Assembly: GCA_009103225.1 (NCBI GenBank)
Contig: RHPI01000797.1
Span: forward strand, 70,384-134,383
Origin: Chlorokybus atmophyticus
Taxonomy: Eukaryota > Plantae > Mesostigma and Chlorokybus algae
Length of the DNA stretch: 64,000 nt
Direction: 5' to 3'
Positions 23,391-36,168 of the stretch are shown here, one piece after another. The stretch's first letter is position 1; each line of letters opens with the position of its first letter. The notes beneath the pieces were generated by a model that saw only the letters and a list, made by a program, of their open reading frames with translations, did not search any database and was not told the origin of the DNA. The translations under genes and the position numbers were made by a program.

Positions 23391-24038
23391 TCATAGAGGC
23401 TGAGGCTGGTGTAACATGTGTAAAGCCAACATGATCTGACTTGTGGAAAAGAAGCGGGTTGTCTTCACCGTCGTCCCATAATCGGACACCACCATCCCCA
23501 AGACGTGCCCACTGTGGGAAAGAATCGGGCCGCCGGAGTATCCACTATCAGAATGTGCAGCAACGGTGTAGTATGGGCTTGCCATACTGATCAGGCCCTC
23601 ACTGACTCTCAGCTCTTGCGCAATAGCATCATAACCAAGTATCAGTCCTGAAGACCCGGTTGTTGCGTCTGCTTTCGGCAATGCATGGTGCAGTGGCCTC
23701 AAGGACTGCACCACCGCCAGGTCTGCTGTGTCAAGGTGGCCCACGACATTTGCCTCCCACATGTGAGGCTTGTCGCCGTGTGCCCAGCACAACACTTCAC
23801 CGGGCTGAACACCGTCCACAACGTGTTTGGCTGTGAGTAGGAGCGGTGCGCCAGCCTTGTTGTAGTAAGCAATTGACGTGCCCAAGAAACGCCGCTGGCT
23901 ACTGTCCGCTGAGCTAACAGCCCACAGCTGCAGCACAGCAGTGGCAGCTTCGGTGAGCAGGGCTGTGCGCGCGACGTCCGAGAAGCGCTCATTGTGTATA
24001 TACTTGGCGGCCATGGCTTTAAGAATGGCGTCCTCCAT
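23391..24038 (-). CDS. Trypsin-like serine protease (copy 1), 215-aa uninterrupted catalytic exon; upstream exon(s) uncertain
   Basis: Catalytic triad motifs LLTAKHVV (His), ADLAVV (Asp) and SDSGYSGGPIL...GHVLGMV (Ser). An acceptor-like CAG lies just upstream of the ATG. Confidence 0.82.
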   Translation of the reverse strand: MEDAILKAMAAKYIHNERFSDVARTALLTEAATAVLQLWAVSSADSSQRRFLGTSIAYYNKAGAPLLLTAKHVVDGVQPGEVLCWAHGDKPHMWEANVVGHLDTADLAVVQSLRPLHHALPKADATTGSSGLILGYDAIAQELRVSEGLISMASPYYTVAAHSDSGYSGGPILSHSGHVLGMVVSDYGTTVKTTRFFSTSQIMLALHMLHQPQPL

Positions 24039-24682
24039 GTTTGTCCCTGCTGCAGGTGGCATGCAACTACTTGTCAGATGCATGCATCTGCCAACACGAA
24101 ACGCACCTCGCATCTCACGTTCAAGCAGCAGCTGCCGCTGTTGACCAACAGCGGCAGCAGCTGGCGATCCAAGAGAATGAAACACAAAACTTGATTGAGA
24201 TGGACCACAACGTATGTTTTCTGCAAACATGAAGCAAAACAGCGAGCGACCGCTGCTACTGCTACTACCGACCAGACGAATGAAGTGTATTACATGGAAA
24301 CGCGTGGGTTCGTGGCCTAAGACCAGACACTTACATGGCGGGCGATGGAGGCGTGGGCAAAAGGAGAAGCAGCTTTCAGCCGCCTTTGTTCTTGCTCTAA
24401 CGATTACCCTCGTCGTCACGCACAATCCAACTGTAACAACCAACACGCCCGCCGCCTGCGACGCCGACGCCGATGACACCGCCAACGACACCCTGCTGCA
24501 CGAAACTCAAAGCCAGCATGTTGCAGAGGTACTTTTGAGTGTGAATAAAAGCATTGACCTAAGACTGCCCGTATTGTAATAACAAGGGTAGGCCAACATG
24601 CATTGTTTAGGCAGCCCATCGCTGGAGGCGGCGGTGGCGTTGGCGCGCTCCGGCCTGTCAGCGGTGTGCTGGCCTGCGAGCG

Positions 24683-25805
24683 TGGTACGACATCACCTTT
24701 GAGCTGCATGAGCGAAGGGTGACAGCGGCAGCTGCTATCATGGGCTTGAGGGAGGCATGGCAAGGCGGGCCAGGCTAGGCCAGGCCGGTGATAGGGCTGC
24801 TGACTGTGAGGCGCTTGGAGCGTTCATATCATGGTATACAGGTGAGCCGGCCGCAAAAGAGGTTGGAACGATGCTTTATTCAGCATTGCGTCCGCGCATG
24901 CATGGGGCTGAGCGCTCGCCCGAAACAAGTGCTTTACAATTGTGTTGAGCGGCACTCTAAGACGCATTACAGAACCAGTCTGCACACAAACACACACAAA
25001 CATGCACACATGCACGCAAGCCCGCATTCAGAATACGGCACGCAAGCACAAGCACATACAGGCTGTACTCAGGCTTGCACTGGCTCAATCCTTGTACTCA
25101 GCTGCGACATATAGGTGGTGATGGGAAAAGTACTGACTAGCAATAGACTGCATGCATGGCTACCATCATGCACTGCAGAGCCTGCACCTGAATTGAAGCA
25201 CACAGGATGGTGTGCTTCAACTCAGCACACCAATCCTGGCAGACATCCGGTGTCTTTCATGACTTCAAGTTGTTCCACTAGAGCGGCATGGCACACTTGG
25301 TGACGCACACGCGCACAGCACGCATCCATGTGACGTTGTGCCACGATGGTGAGCGCTGCTCGTAGAGTACCATGCTGCGCGTGCTGCGTAGTCTTCGGGC
25401 ATCACTAAGTGATGTGTTGCAGCACAGTCCTTTCGGTTGTTTTTGCGACGTTGTATGTGGGCTTGTGTATTCATTGCAATCCACCTGGCTTGTGTTTGCT
25501 GTCTCGAGTGTCAGTGAGTGTCAGTGAATGTCAGTAAACGTGTGCTTTGCATGTGCGTGTAAGCCGTTTGGGCGATGTTATGCATTACATTAGGACACGA
25601 GCCTCAGGCAAGCAGATTCAACCTCAACAGACTACTCCTAAGTGCTTGTGCACAGTTGCTGCCCTGCCAGCGGCTGCCACTTCATTTGCACGCAGGGCTG
25701 CGGGTCCACCGCACGCACGGACATGGCAGAGCTCTTTCGGCTGCTGTGTGTGGCTGACAAGTACGTAGTGGATAGCGCATGGAGCGCTGTGCAAATGCCC
25801 TTGCG
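24683..25805 (+). pseudogene. Degenerate BTB/POZ-domain-like gene fragments
   Basis: Three separated pieces in different frames resemble BTB consensus: WYDITFEL (about 24683), EALGAFISWYTG|GT (24808-24841) and AELFRLLCVADKYVV (about 25727). No continuous gene model could be built. Confidence 0.4.
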
Positions 25806-26026
25806 GCCCGAAGCAGTATACGATGGACGCTGCGCGGCGGTTTTCGTCTCAACACGTGCCTGCGATTGCTCAACATGCTGGAGCATCATACGAATGCTGC
25901 TGCGGCCAGGCTTCAGTTATGTGCATTTGCAGGTGCACGTGCATGTGTCCACGCGCGTGCATGCGTGTGGGCGTTACAACAGTGTGCGGTCACATGCAAT
26001 GCACGAGCAAGGTTTCTTGAAGCTGT

Positions 26027-28333
26027 CGCAAGAACCTGCCTTGGAAGCTTCTCTGCAATCAAACAGGGAGCCAGAAACTACACAGCCCAGCATAGTCAGG
26101 GCCTTTACATTGCAGCAATTGCGAGCTGCACTTTGCGACTTGCAGTGATTCTGCGGCTCTGCTGCAAATAGCCAGCTGTTTGCAGCAATCCTTATTGCCC
26201 GCGCCAGTTGCTTCAGGAGACAACAGCCTGGGAGTGGTTGGGTGCCGCTTCGGCGCAATGGTGGTGCTTGACTACGTACTTGAAGACGCCTTTGCTTACT
26301 CAAAGTTGTCGGGCCATCGTACTTCCTCCAACAGCTCAAGCGACTGGCCCGGGATTACCTCAGCCCCTATCTTTAGTGAGGACCACTTTCCCAAATCCGT
26401 TAGTGATGGATCATCATACGGCCTCGGGTCAAGCAGCGGCTACTCCAGCCAGCAGAACACACCGAGGCCAAGCTCCTCCATGCAATCAACCCCCGAGTCC
26501 ACCTCTTGCAGAGAGGTATGTCCTTGCATGTGTTGCTGTATGTTGTACATGGCAACTGCGTGAGCCTCAACTCAAGGTTTGCAAACTGACATGTGCTGCA
26601 AGCTAGGGGGTGCTGTTTGATGTGTTGGGCAAGGTTACTGACTGCTTCCCGTGTGCATGTGCAGGCTGCTGGGTGGTACGGAGGGGATGCACCACTGGTC
26701 GTGGACAATCACGTGCCGCGGTCACATTCATTTGAGCACGTCAAACACACTCGCGACACGCAAAGAAAGCGGCTGCCGGCTTTGGGAACCGTCATTCTGC
26801 GCGACTTGTGTGCGCTGAGTGTGCGCTGGCTGATGTGCGCCGGCCTGGACTGGCCAGATGGCATGAACGGCGTCTCGCGTCCAACGCGCGTTGAAGTCAC
26901 CAGCATGGAGCAGGTCGTGGACGGGCTGCGAGTCTCCCAATTGCAGTATGCCCCAGGCCATCATTTTGTCTCACAACTCCATGTGGTGAGCAGCCTGCCA
27001 GCTCTACCAGCCTTGCACTGCGTTGTGGATATGTATCTCCAATGAGTCATCGCTGATTAGCCACTGCTTTGCTCTGTTGCAGGCCATAAGGGAGCTGGCT
27101 ATATATAATCACACGAAAGACGCATCATGGCGGCGCATCATGGGTTACCACAGTGCGCATGGCCCTCGTGAATCTAACTCGTCTATGGTGCGCGTGGAGT
27201 TGACCCCCGTTAGGCCAGAACCAAGTGCACCACTAGAAGAGCACAGGCTACAGGTGGCACTGCTACCCCTTCGGCTTCATCTTAACCAGCATCACGTGCA
27301 CTTCTGGACAGCCTTCTTTGCACGCTTGGCAACTATCAGCATTGCCACCGCCCAGACCAACCCATTGCCACAGGATGCCATGCCTTTCTTCCAGGTGAGA
27401 GGCCCTTGTGGTTGTCTGTGCAGTTGCCTTAAAGGCAATTGAATTAACAACTTTCCATGCAGTGATCACTTAGGCAGCTGCAGATGTGTGGTGGCTGTGG
27501 TACAGTATGTAGTCTTGCAGTGTGATTGGTCGCCATTTGTATCCGAGTGCGCCACACATCATGCTGACCTACGTTTGTGCAGGTGTGGGAAGTGTTGTCA
27601 ACGGTCGTGCGGATTGATGACAAGCCACGCCATGTGGATCTATTTGCACTGCGCGACGTGGCAACTTTGCTGAGATTCTTAACCTGGTATCGTGGGAGGG
27701 AGTAGAGCTGCAGTTAAAAAAAGCCAAGGCATCAGGGCTACAAGGCTGGAGTGCACTGGGAGCGTCCCTTGGCGAGCAGTGGCTTCAGAACACAGCTGCG
27801 AACCAGGCGGACAAGTTTGTGACAGGATTCGCTCCCATACGCTCACTGTGTGCCGTCGGCTCGGGCGCGGTTCAGCTCGTGCGGCTGCCCATGGAGCACT
27901 ACAAGAACGATCGCCAGCTGGCCCGGGGCTTACAGCGCGTTGTCATTGCTTTCGTGCGCAGCATTTCTCAGGAGTCCTTGGGCGTCGGCGCCCAGGTTGC
28001 TGCGGGCGCGCACGATCTCCTGTCCATGGCCGAAACTGCACTTGGTGATCCAACCGACCCACCCACCTCAGTTCTCCCGCAGCTCGAGTCAGCCTGTCAA
28101 TGTGAGGGGAGGGGCTTATGCAGGCGTGCGAGACCCTCGTGCGGGGGTTCGAGAGCGCTGCAGCCACTGTCGTCGGCACCCCGATGAAGGCATTTCAGTG
28201 CGGCAGCAGCTCTGGCCCTGCATCGTACGCTGTTGGGTGCGCAACAGCTTTCACCCATGTGACAAAGTGGATCATGATCTGGACCATACTCCACCCCCAT
28301 GCTCGCATGCCCGAGGCGCAGGTAGAAGCTAGG
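26027..28333 (+). pseudogene. ATG2: 5'-truncated ATG2 duplicate (exons and introns of about 20259-22621) with frameshifts
   Basis: Colinear with the ATG2 3' part including introns, about 90% nucleotide identity by eye in exons. Lesions: +1 insertion near 26105, +2 insertion at cgcgacGTggcaac (about 27657), DYKP changed to DDKP, and a deletion of the STRNAVASVFK...AAS segment near 28205. Confidence 0.92.
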
Positions 28334-29525
28334 GGGTGAGTTATTATCTGTCACTATTTTCAATTGTTTACTGCAGATGCAGCCTTGTCGTGTTGTCGTT
28401 ACGGTGTACAGTTCGTGTATTGTGCTGTTGCTAGGGTTACGCGTAATTGCGCTAGGCTCACAGATTTAGACTCTCTTATTGTTATTATATTTTCACCTGC
28501 TGGACTAGCTGTGCTGCAGGCGGTGTTTGCAGCATGTACAAACAATGTGAAACGGAAATGCACATGCATGTGCCTATGATGCATGTAATGGTGCAGTTGT
28601 GGTCGCCCGAGTTGGGTTCACCTCAGTTGGCAGGTGTGCAATGCTGTACATGGTGCAGATTCTGGTTTACATGGTGCAGTGCCCCCAGCTAGCATGGCAT
28701 ACCAAACTGACCGGCTGGGGGCTTGGCTCAAACAGTACCATGCAAACAAGTCACATATCAAGTGCAGCGTGCAATGTACAAAAGATGCAAAGGGCAACTG
28801 TGTAACTGGAAGACATAAGAGCGTTGAAGACCAGATTTGGCAACGGACACTAACATGCTGCAGGTGTGCAAATTGACATATGGTGTCACTTATATGTGGT
28901 GGCTACAGCCGCATCAGTTCCGGCCGGTCTTGCCTACGAAGTGCTTCAGCACAGAGTCACTCAGAAGTTTCGCGCAACTCGGCAACAACTTGCCAGTTTG
29001 CGCGGAAGTCAGCAGCCATACTTAGTGGCCTACCTACCCAACCTTAGCTCTAAGTCACACATACATGCGTACTTTATACTCCGCCGTGTACTTAGCAGTG
29101 TTCCCTACCTACGCACGCACGCCATTGCACACCTCAACTATGCATGTGGTGCGACTATGCCTTGCAGTACAAGGCATGCAGACTTCTGCCGTACATTCTC
29201 TCCTCTCCTCCCTCTCCTCCTCAATCGTACGCTAATTGTTAGTACCACACAGCAGCAAGGGGGGACTTTGATTGGTGGGTTGGTTAACTTGTTTTGAGAT
29301 GCGACATGAGTGCATGCTTGCAAACGGTTAAAAACGCTACTTTGAGTAAGGCACATCACGTGAGAGGCCAACACAGCTGATTCAGACATTCATTGCATAC
29401 ACGCTTGAATGTTGAATGTGATAGCAATGTTAACACCCTCTCCACACGAGATCATGCATCACGAGCCAGCACTGTCACTAAAGTAGTTGCTTTGCAGATA
29501 ATGCAAGGCAACTGATTCACATACC

Positions 29526-30179
29526 TCATGGCACCACCAATGGTTGGTTGATCAAGTTCAACGCCATGATGATCTCCTTGGTACTCAAAAACCTCGTTGT
29601 TCTTGTAACGGTGCTGACTGACTCCCCGAGGACCATTCCAAGGAAGTTTCCGCTCGCGCCAACGATCGGGCCTCCCGAATAACCGGAATCGGCATGCGCC
29701 GAGATTGTATCGTTTGGCACACCATCACTAATGAGACCATGGCTGAGGCGCAGCTGTTGCTCCACACTATCAAATCCAACCACAAAACCAAAAGACCCGA
29801 TACTGGCTCTTGCGCCTGGCAGGGCTTGCGGGAGTTGCCTTGAGGACCTCACGACTGCAAAATCTGCACGAATGAGGTGACCAACCACCTGTGCCTCCCA
29901 CGTCGCTGGTGTGTCGCCTCCGCTCACGCAACACAACTTCTCACCAACACGCACTTCATTGACGACATGGTCGGCCGTAAGCAGGAGAGGCTCCTGATTG
30001 GTGTTTAGATAGGCAAATGCCGTGCCCAAGAAGCGGCGATGGGTGTCATCCAACGAGTCCACCGCCCATAACTGGAGCACGGCATTAGAGACATGCGCCA
30101 GCATGATTTTGCGCGCCACTTCTGTCAAGTGCTCATCGGCAACATACCTAGCCATCATGGATTGATAGATGGCATCCAT
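29526..30179 (-). CDS. Trypsin-like serine protease (copy 2), 217-aa uninterrupted catalytic exon; possible upstream exon near 30933-30808
   Basis: LLTADHVV, ADFAVV and ADSGYSGGPIV...GNFLGMV triad intact. About 50% amino-acid identity to copy 1 by manual alignment. Confidence 0.82.
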   Translation of the reverse strand: MDAIYQSMMARYVADEHLTEVARKIMLAHVSNAVLQLWAVDSLDDTHRRFLGTAFAYLNTNQEPLLLTADHVVNEVRVGEKLCCVSGGDTPATWEAQVVGHLIRADFAVVRSSRQLPQALPGARASIGSFGFVVGFDSVEQQLRLSHGLISDGVPNDTISAHADSGYSGGPIVGASGNFLGMVLGESVSTVTRTTRFLSTKEIIMALNLINQPLVVP

Positions 30180-31122
30180 TCCGTTCAGCCTGCTACAGGG
30201 TGCAATAAGTTAGATGCATGCAACCGAGACCAAACAAGTGGCCTGCTACATGCCACTAGCACAAAGCAAAAGAATGCAACAAACGTTGAAAGGAGGTTGG
30301 ACGCAGCCGAGCCATAGGCTGCTGTAGATTAGACCACTACAAGCACAGCCGAAACCAACATCACATTGAGCAACGTGTGCTTAAGCAAGCATGCAGCAAC
30401 ACAGCAACACAGACCAGCGGGCTGCGGCTGCTGCTCTATGTTGCTGCATGCCGCTAGCATTCAGCGCAAGAAAGCAAAACACTGGCATCGCAAGAAGGTT
30501 GGGCGCAGCAGAGCCGTAAGCTGTTGTACTGACTACTAGCAGCACAGACTACTACTAGAAGACTACTACCAGCACAACCAAAACCACCATCACAATGAGC
30601 AACGTGGGTTTGAGTAAGCATGCAGCAACACACAGCAGCGCGCGGCCGCTGCTGCAAAGGTGAAACTACGTAGTCTAGACAAGCAGCATCGGTTGAGCTA
30701 GTGGTATACTGCCAGCTCAACCAATACCAACAGCGCATCCTGTTGGTGCGAAGATGCAGCAGCACAGAGCAGCGGCCGCCCGCTGCTGCTACCGACAACA
30801 CACTTACCGGGCGGCCGAAGGAGGCTTGGGGAGAAGGAGAAGCCGCCTGCAGCCGCCTTTGTTGTCGCTCTAACGGTTGCCCTCCTTCAACTACAACACC
30901 CAACACGACGGTCTTTGCGCGCAAACCAAGCATCCAGCACAGACTTTGATGGTGGTTAGGCAGGATGATGACTACAGTCGTCACCCTGTCTACCTACCTC
31001 ATCAAGCACAGGTTTGAGGTAGGTAGCCAGGATAGTACAGGTGCAGTCGTCATCCAGTACAGGAGGACCCCATGAATGACAGGGCCAGCCCCTTCCTGTT
31101 TCTGCCCAACCAGGCGGTGGTA

Positions 31123-31155
<33 letters not shown>

Positions 31156-31169
31156 AGGGGGGCGTCGCC

Positions 31170-34100
31170 ATGGGGTAAGACGACCTGGACGACGATCTAC
31201 TCGAGGTTGTAGGTAATAAGCGAGGTGGCGGTGGCGGCGGAAGCAATCGGAGCAGCCAAAGGGCTTACTTGAGCGATGAGGATTCCCTGTCTCCGTCCTC
31301 TTCTGAGGTAAAACTAGCATGCCTTATGCCAGTATTCAGATTATGCTAGCACTGAATGCACCCATCAAACAACATAGCTGCCGTAAAGTGTGAAAATCTT
31401 CTTCAATTTCATTGGGTGTCATGGTGTTGTTTACCACAATTTGTGTCGGCAAGGACGTTGGACAAGCAGGCGCCTCTCAGTTGGTTGTCTTGCTGCATGC
31501 ATGTACACAGCATGAGACATGAGTCAAGTTCCTGTGTAGTTTGATTGACTCAGTTTCTTGCTATGCACCACTTCCAGTGCTGTCAAGTTCAGTTCCATAC
31601 AGTTACTGTATACGTCTCTTGTACTACATAGAAGCATTGATTAGTATATACTTACGGTCTGCTACATACATACACACTGAACCATAGGTGTGACACTGAT
31701 GTCAAGTTCACACAAACCGACTTACCATACCACAGCAAGGCGTGTGGCAAGAAGGTTGAAAGGGATCACCAATCGCCGTGTTGTTTCCAGGATCAAGGGG
31801 ACGGAAGAAAGGGCAGTTCCAAAGTGCGCAAGGTGTCCGCGTCTGTGAGGGACAAGGCGAGCGACATGCCGATCAAGACGCATTTCAAGAAGGGGAACGT
31901 CGGCGGGCGGGGTCCAGGCCTCGACATCGATGTAGATGATAATAATGACGGCGGCGGCCGCAACAACGGCGTGTTCGATGATGGATTCAAGAATGACGTC
32001 ATGGGGGGGACGACGACGACAGAGACAGGCTTATAGGTGAGCGCATTGTGAAGTGGTGCTATTGCTTTGGCTTGGCTTTGTTGTGGCAACGCATTGCAAG
32101 AGTGATCAGTTTTGCTCAATGACATGTGTGCAACATAAAGTCGCCACTGCTCGTGCTATTCACTGGCTTGCGTGTGGTGACTGAAGTTACTCGTAGCTTG
32201 GTCATGTCAACCACCCACAAGCTAGGCCTTTGCAATAGCGAACCAACATGACATTTAGGTTGTTGTTGGAGACTCAGACTCAATTTGTGAACGTCAACAT
32301 ATTATCAACGCGGGCTTTGTTCACCAACAGACAAACTACATGATTGCAACTACGGACATGTTTGCATTCCGAGCGTTTACTGTGATAGTCAGTCAGTGGC
32401 AAAACTATAACCATGACATCTGAGTTTTTGCAACCAGCCATGACGGAGTTTTGATCGTGAGATGTTGCTGAGGGAGCATGCTGAGAGGCGGCAGCAGGTG
32501 CAGGACAGAAAGTATCTCATGCAGCGCACCAAATCGTCCGTTGCCGCCGTGCCCTCCGCCTCCAACAAGCAGAGACACAGAGACTTGCACAAGCGGGACT
32601 CACGTGCACCTGTGCATTCACAGGTGCCGTGTGCACGTGGACATTTGTGTTTCCTTGTGCATGCGCGTGTCTAGGCATGTGCATGCTATTGGAAGTGGGT
32701 GTACGCAAGGAATCCTTGTGTGGCTTAGACAAGGTCAGCGGTGGAAACTCTTGGTGCTGATGGTTTGTGTGCATTGGTCAGCCGCGGGCATCTTCAACGC
32801 GAGTGGCTAAAGGCGCAGCCACCACAAAGCACCAAGCCATTGAGAAGCTTTTGGCCAAGAAGACGCAGATAAAGGAGGCCAGCGAGCTGCGGGCGAACAG
32901 AGTCCAGTCCAGTCCAGTCCAGGTGGGTCACTGCCAACTGAACACCATTCCTTCAGATAAGACGGGATATGCGACAGTAGCAAGCGGTGACTGTGATGTG
33001 ATGACACAACATTATCACTCAAATGTATGGTTGAAGTTGTTGTTGTGTAACATCCTGCTTAGGTACATGCTGGGTATCACCCAGTGGTATTATCACATGA
33101 TGCAAAAGTGCACACTCAAAGAGCACATGCTCAACATGTCTGTATGCACATGAGCGTCTTTGGACAATTCGGACTGTACCATTTGCGAACTTCACTCAAC
33201 TTTAACCCACAGCCATGCTCAGGGACGGCAGCCCGCCCCGCAGCGACTCGGGTTTGGAATTTCTCGAGCGTGTTGGACGACTCCGCATCATTATCCAACG
33301 AAGATGATAACAACTTGCCCTATTGCGACGGCGACCGCAAGCCAGCCCGTGCAGGAGGCCTTGTTTGATCACATTGCGCAGGTGACCCTCCCGCGCGAAG
33401 CTTATCAACTGGCTGAACGGTCCGTGCTTCCGCCGACACCACCGTGAGCTGCCTCGTCAAGACACAAGAGAACCGACCCGACAAGGAGAACTACTATCTC
33501 CTGCATGAGATCGTGTCGGTTGAAGACAAGCAGGAGCAGCCTTACAAGTAGGTTGTCGTTGACTGTGTTGTTGGGTGTTATTGTTGTATATGTTGGGTTT
33601 GTTTTGATTTCATTCTTTTTCCATATGACATGATGATATGTGTGCAGGGTTGAGGGCTTGGAAGGCTTGTTTATCACAAACATCTGAGGACTCGACGGGG
33701 CAAAGAGGAGCAGATGCTCAAGGTACAGGAGCTGTCCAACCAGCCGCCAACTGAAAGGGAATGGTAGGACCTGGGACAGAAGATGAGGTGCGTGCACACA
33801 TGGTTGCTAACGTATTGATGACATGCTGTGTCTCGTGAGTGCTGAAGCTGAGTGTGAGAGGTCTTTCTTGTTTGCAGTGCTGATAGGTGTCAACCCTCCG
33901 AGAAGCATGAGCTGGACTTGAGGATACAGAACCTGCGCAAGCCCGAAGAGTTCAGGTATTCAGCCGCTGATGTTCAAGGCATCCTTGAGCAGAAGCGCAA
34001 GATGCAGCGCATACCCCACAACATGGCTGCCGAGCGAGAGCGGGTAAGTCTTTTCTCACACCAACCAGTACATTACACAAAGTTAGTTTACAGTTTGACA

Positions 34101-35305
34101 TGGTGTCGAGCAGTCACCGGACCCAAGCAGAAGACTAATCTTTCATTAACTGCCAAGTTGACTTGCGCGCGCGCGAAAGTCACACACACTGTTGCTGAGT
34201 GCATGTGTGCTTAGGCACGTGTTGAATCGTGACATGACGATTCATGCATGACCATATTGTGACGCGGCAGCTGCTACTGCAAAGGGATGCCGCGCTGGAG
34301 AGGGGTGATGAGGACGAGGCGGATGCGATCATCGTGCAGCTGGCAGAGCTAGATGCTCTCGTGGCGGAGATGCACGAGCGGGCCGGCAATTCTTTCCTTG
34401 CGGTGCTTGACCTCAGGAGCAAGCTGCAGAACGCCAAGCTGGACGCCACCGGCTACCATCGCATGCAGCAGCAACTCACCGGCAAGCAAGGTACTGCAGT
34501 GATCAGCTTTGTGCATGACATGTTACAGCTAGCTGCATGCCTGATCTGTTGTTCAGTTCCAACCTTGCACACGTATCATGCATTACTCATGACATACCGG
34601 ACCGCACCCAACTGAACTGAACGCAACCCAATGTATCTGAACCCAGCTGAATGCAACTGAACTGAGCCAAACCTGATCTAATTGACCGCACAGAACCACA
34701 CCTTGCTGAACTGAAGTGAACTGACATTCATACTCCATGAAGCTACTGCAGACGGTTCGCAGCCGGTGTCGAGCCAATTGCCGAGGACGGTGCTCAGGTC
34801 CCCGAGTCCCCGAAGGATGGAGAGAGAGAGAGAGACCCATGGCCAGGTGAAGAAAATGATGGCGAGGCAGATGCTGGAGAAGCTGCATGACTTTGACTTG
34901 CATACTGACTTCGCGCGGCTGCAGAAGATGGACCCCGTTGTCGCCCCCGCGCAGGTGATACGTTCTGCCCGCATGTACAACCTTCCCAGCGTCGGATGTT
35001 GTCCAATCCCCTGCCCATCAGCACTACCTAACCTTCGCCTTTGCCTACCCCCTATCTTGTGCAGATAGTTTGGCAGATCTGTCCTAACTGCCACTGCCTG
35101 CTCCACTGCGTACACTTTGCACGCACATAGGTAGCAGCCCCCTTAGTGTAGCTTGCTAGCTATGTGTTGCTTGCTGTGGTGTTTTTTGCATTGATTGTTG
35201 TTGCGTTCCTACTGGTTGCTTGTTGGCCCCTGTGCTATACCCTATGTAGACATCTGCAGCTCACAGCAAACAGCTACAAGCGCCGCATGGGCTTGACGGA
35301 CTTAA
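31170..35305 (+). pseudogene. RTF1: RTF1 pseudogene, an inverted full-length duplicate of the gene at 51110-55233
   Basis: Same exon/intron layout as the intact copy. Codon 3 GCA is changed to TAA (31176-31178), there is a frameshift in ATGACGGAGTTTTGATCG (about 32441), TGG AAG is changed to TGG TAG (about 33766), and further indels occur in the Plus3 exon. Confidence 0.92.
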
Positions 35306-36003
35306 TGTTGTTGTTGCGCTGTATGTACATAAAAATTACAACCCCCCTTGTAAGATATGCTCGGGCAGAGGGTGGCGTGCATGTGACAGCAACTTGTTGG
35401 TCGTCAAGCAAGCAGTATTTGCTTTTGCTGCTTCAGAGGTAGCTCACATTGTCAAGTCATTTCCTCCTAACGGTCAATGCGCGCAACCAATGACTTGCAA
35501 TCAATGGTGTCTTGTGGTTCCTCAAGCAGCACCTCTGTGCAAAAGTGTGATACACTAGTATGCAACATCGTCACACCAAGCTACGTACTGTCATCCCAAA
35601 AGGTAGGGACAACAAGCATTCTGCTGTTGTCAGTCGATGCAATCTTGGGGTATTGTTGAGAGCGTTTTCCAAATTAATAGCAAGCTATAAACTTGGAACA
35701 TGTCTGTGAGTTCTCAGCATCATATTTCTGGCCATGTACTTTGCCCGCCTATGTGATTACACTACACCTTGTATGTGAATTTCAATTGTTAACAACCCTC
35801 AAACGCGATACAACCCCAATTGAAATTATGGGGCTCTCGTACAATGAACTCTCCCCTCGAGTTGGATGCAATGGGTAATCAGAGTCTTAGAGAGCCAATG
35901 CAAGGGTGCACGCCGGCGCTCAAGGGCGCATTGCAGCAACAGGAGTAACCACCTTGCTTGCTTACTACTTGCTTGGTTGTCTACGCTACCCCCCTGATCC
36001 TCG

Positions 36004-36168
36004 TGGCTAATTTTCATTACACCAACTCCCAAAAAAAAAAATATATATATATATATATATATGGCTAGTTTTTATTACACCAACTCATAAAACAAAAAAA
36101 TATATATATACATATATATATGGCTAATGTTTATTACACCAACTCAACAGTATATATATATATATATA
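36004..36168. repeat. Three tandem 58-59 bp units (TGGCTA..TTATTACACCAACTC + A-run + (AT)n)
   Basis: Units start at 36004, 36062 and 36121. They are AT-rich and unlike the surrounding sequence. Confidence 0.85.

Larger units (their letters stand above)
26027..30950 (+). repeat. Tandem segmental duplication of about 20259-24500 (ATG2 3' part, spacer, protease, protease 5' region)
   Basis: Shared order and sequence: ATG2 3' exons, the post-stop GTGAG...TGCAGATGCAGCCTTGTCG, spacer motif GTGCCCCCAGC...CCAAACTGACC (22956 and 28680), a protease, and GCCGCCTTTGTT...GCTCTAACG (24380 and 30853). Confidence 0.85.

Noticed and set aside
24395-24410. In-frame TAA aligned to CAA in the paralogue, and codon-3 TAA in the RTF1 copy, suggesting a TAR=Gln ulvophyte-type genetic code
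   Set aside because: Exons of 500-970 codons contain no in-frame TAA/TAG, and intact genes end at TAA/TAG where homologues end. These are ordinary nonsense mutations.
24760-24815. Similarity to the (CCAGG)n/GTGAGGCG region at about 49320-49370, suggesting a dispersed element
   Set aside because: The match is short and driven by a simple pentamer repeat.
30930-31170. Promoter capture: the duplicated RTF1 promoter driving protease 2
   Set aside because: Similarity to the intact RTF1 upstream region extends only about 75 bp beyond the ATG, too little to support the idea.
36004-36168. CRISPR-like or telomeric interpretation of the 58-59 bp repeats
   Set aside because: The spacers are just A/(AT) runs in a eukaryotic context, there are no cas genes, and the unit is not a telomere repeat.
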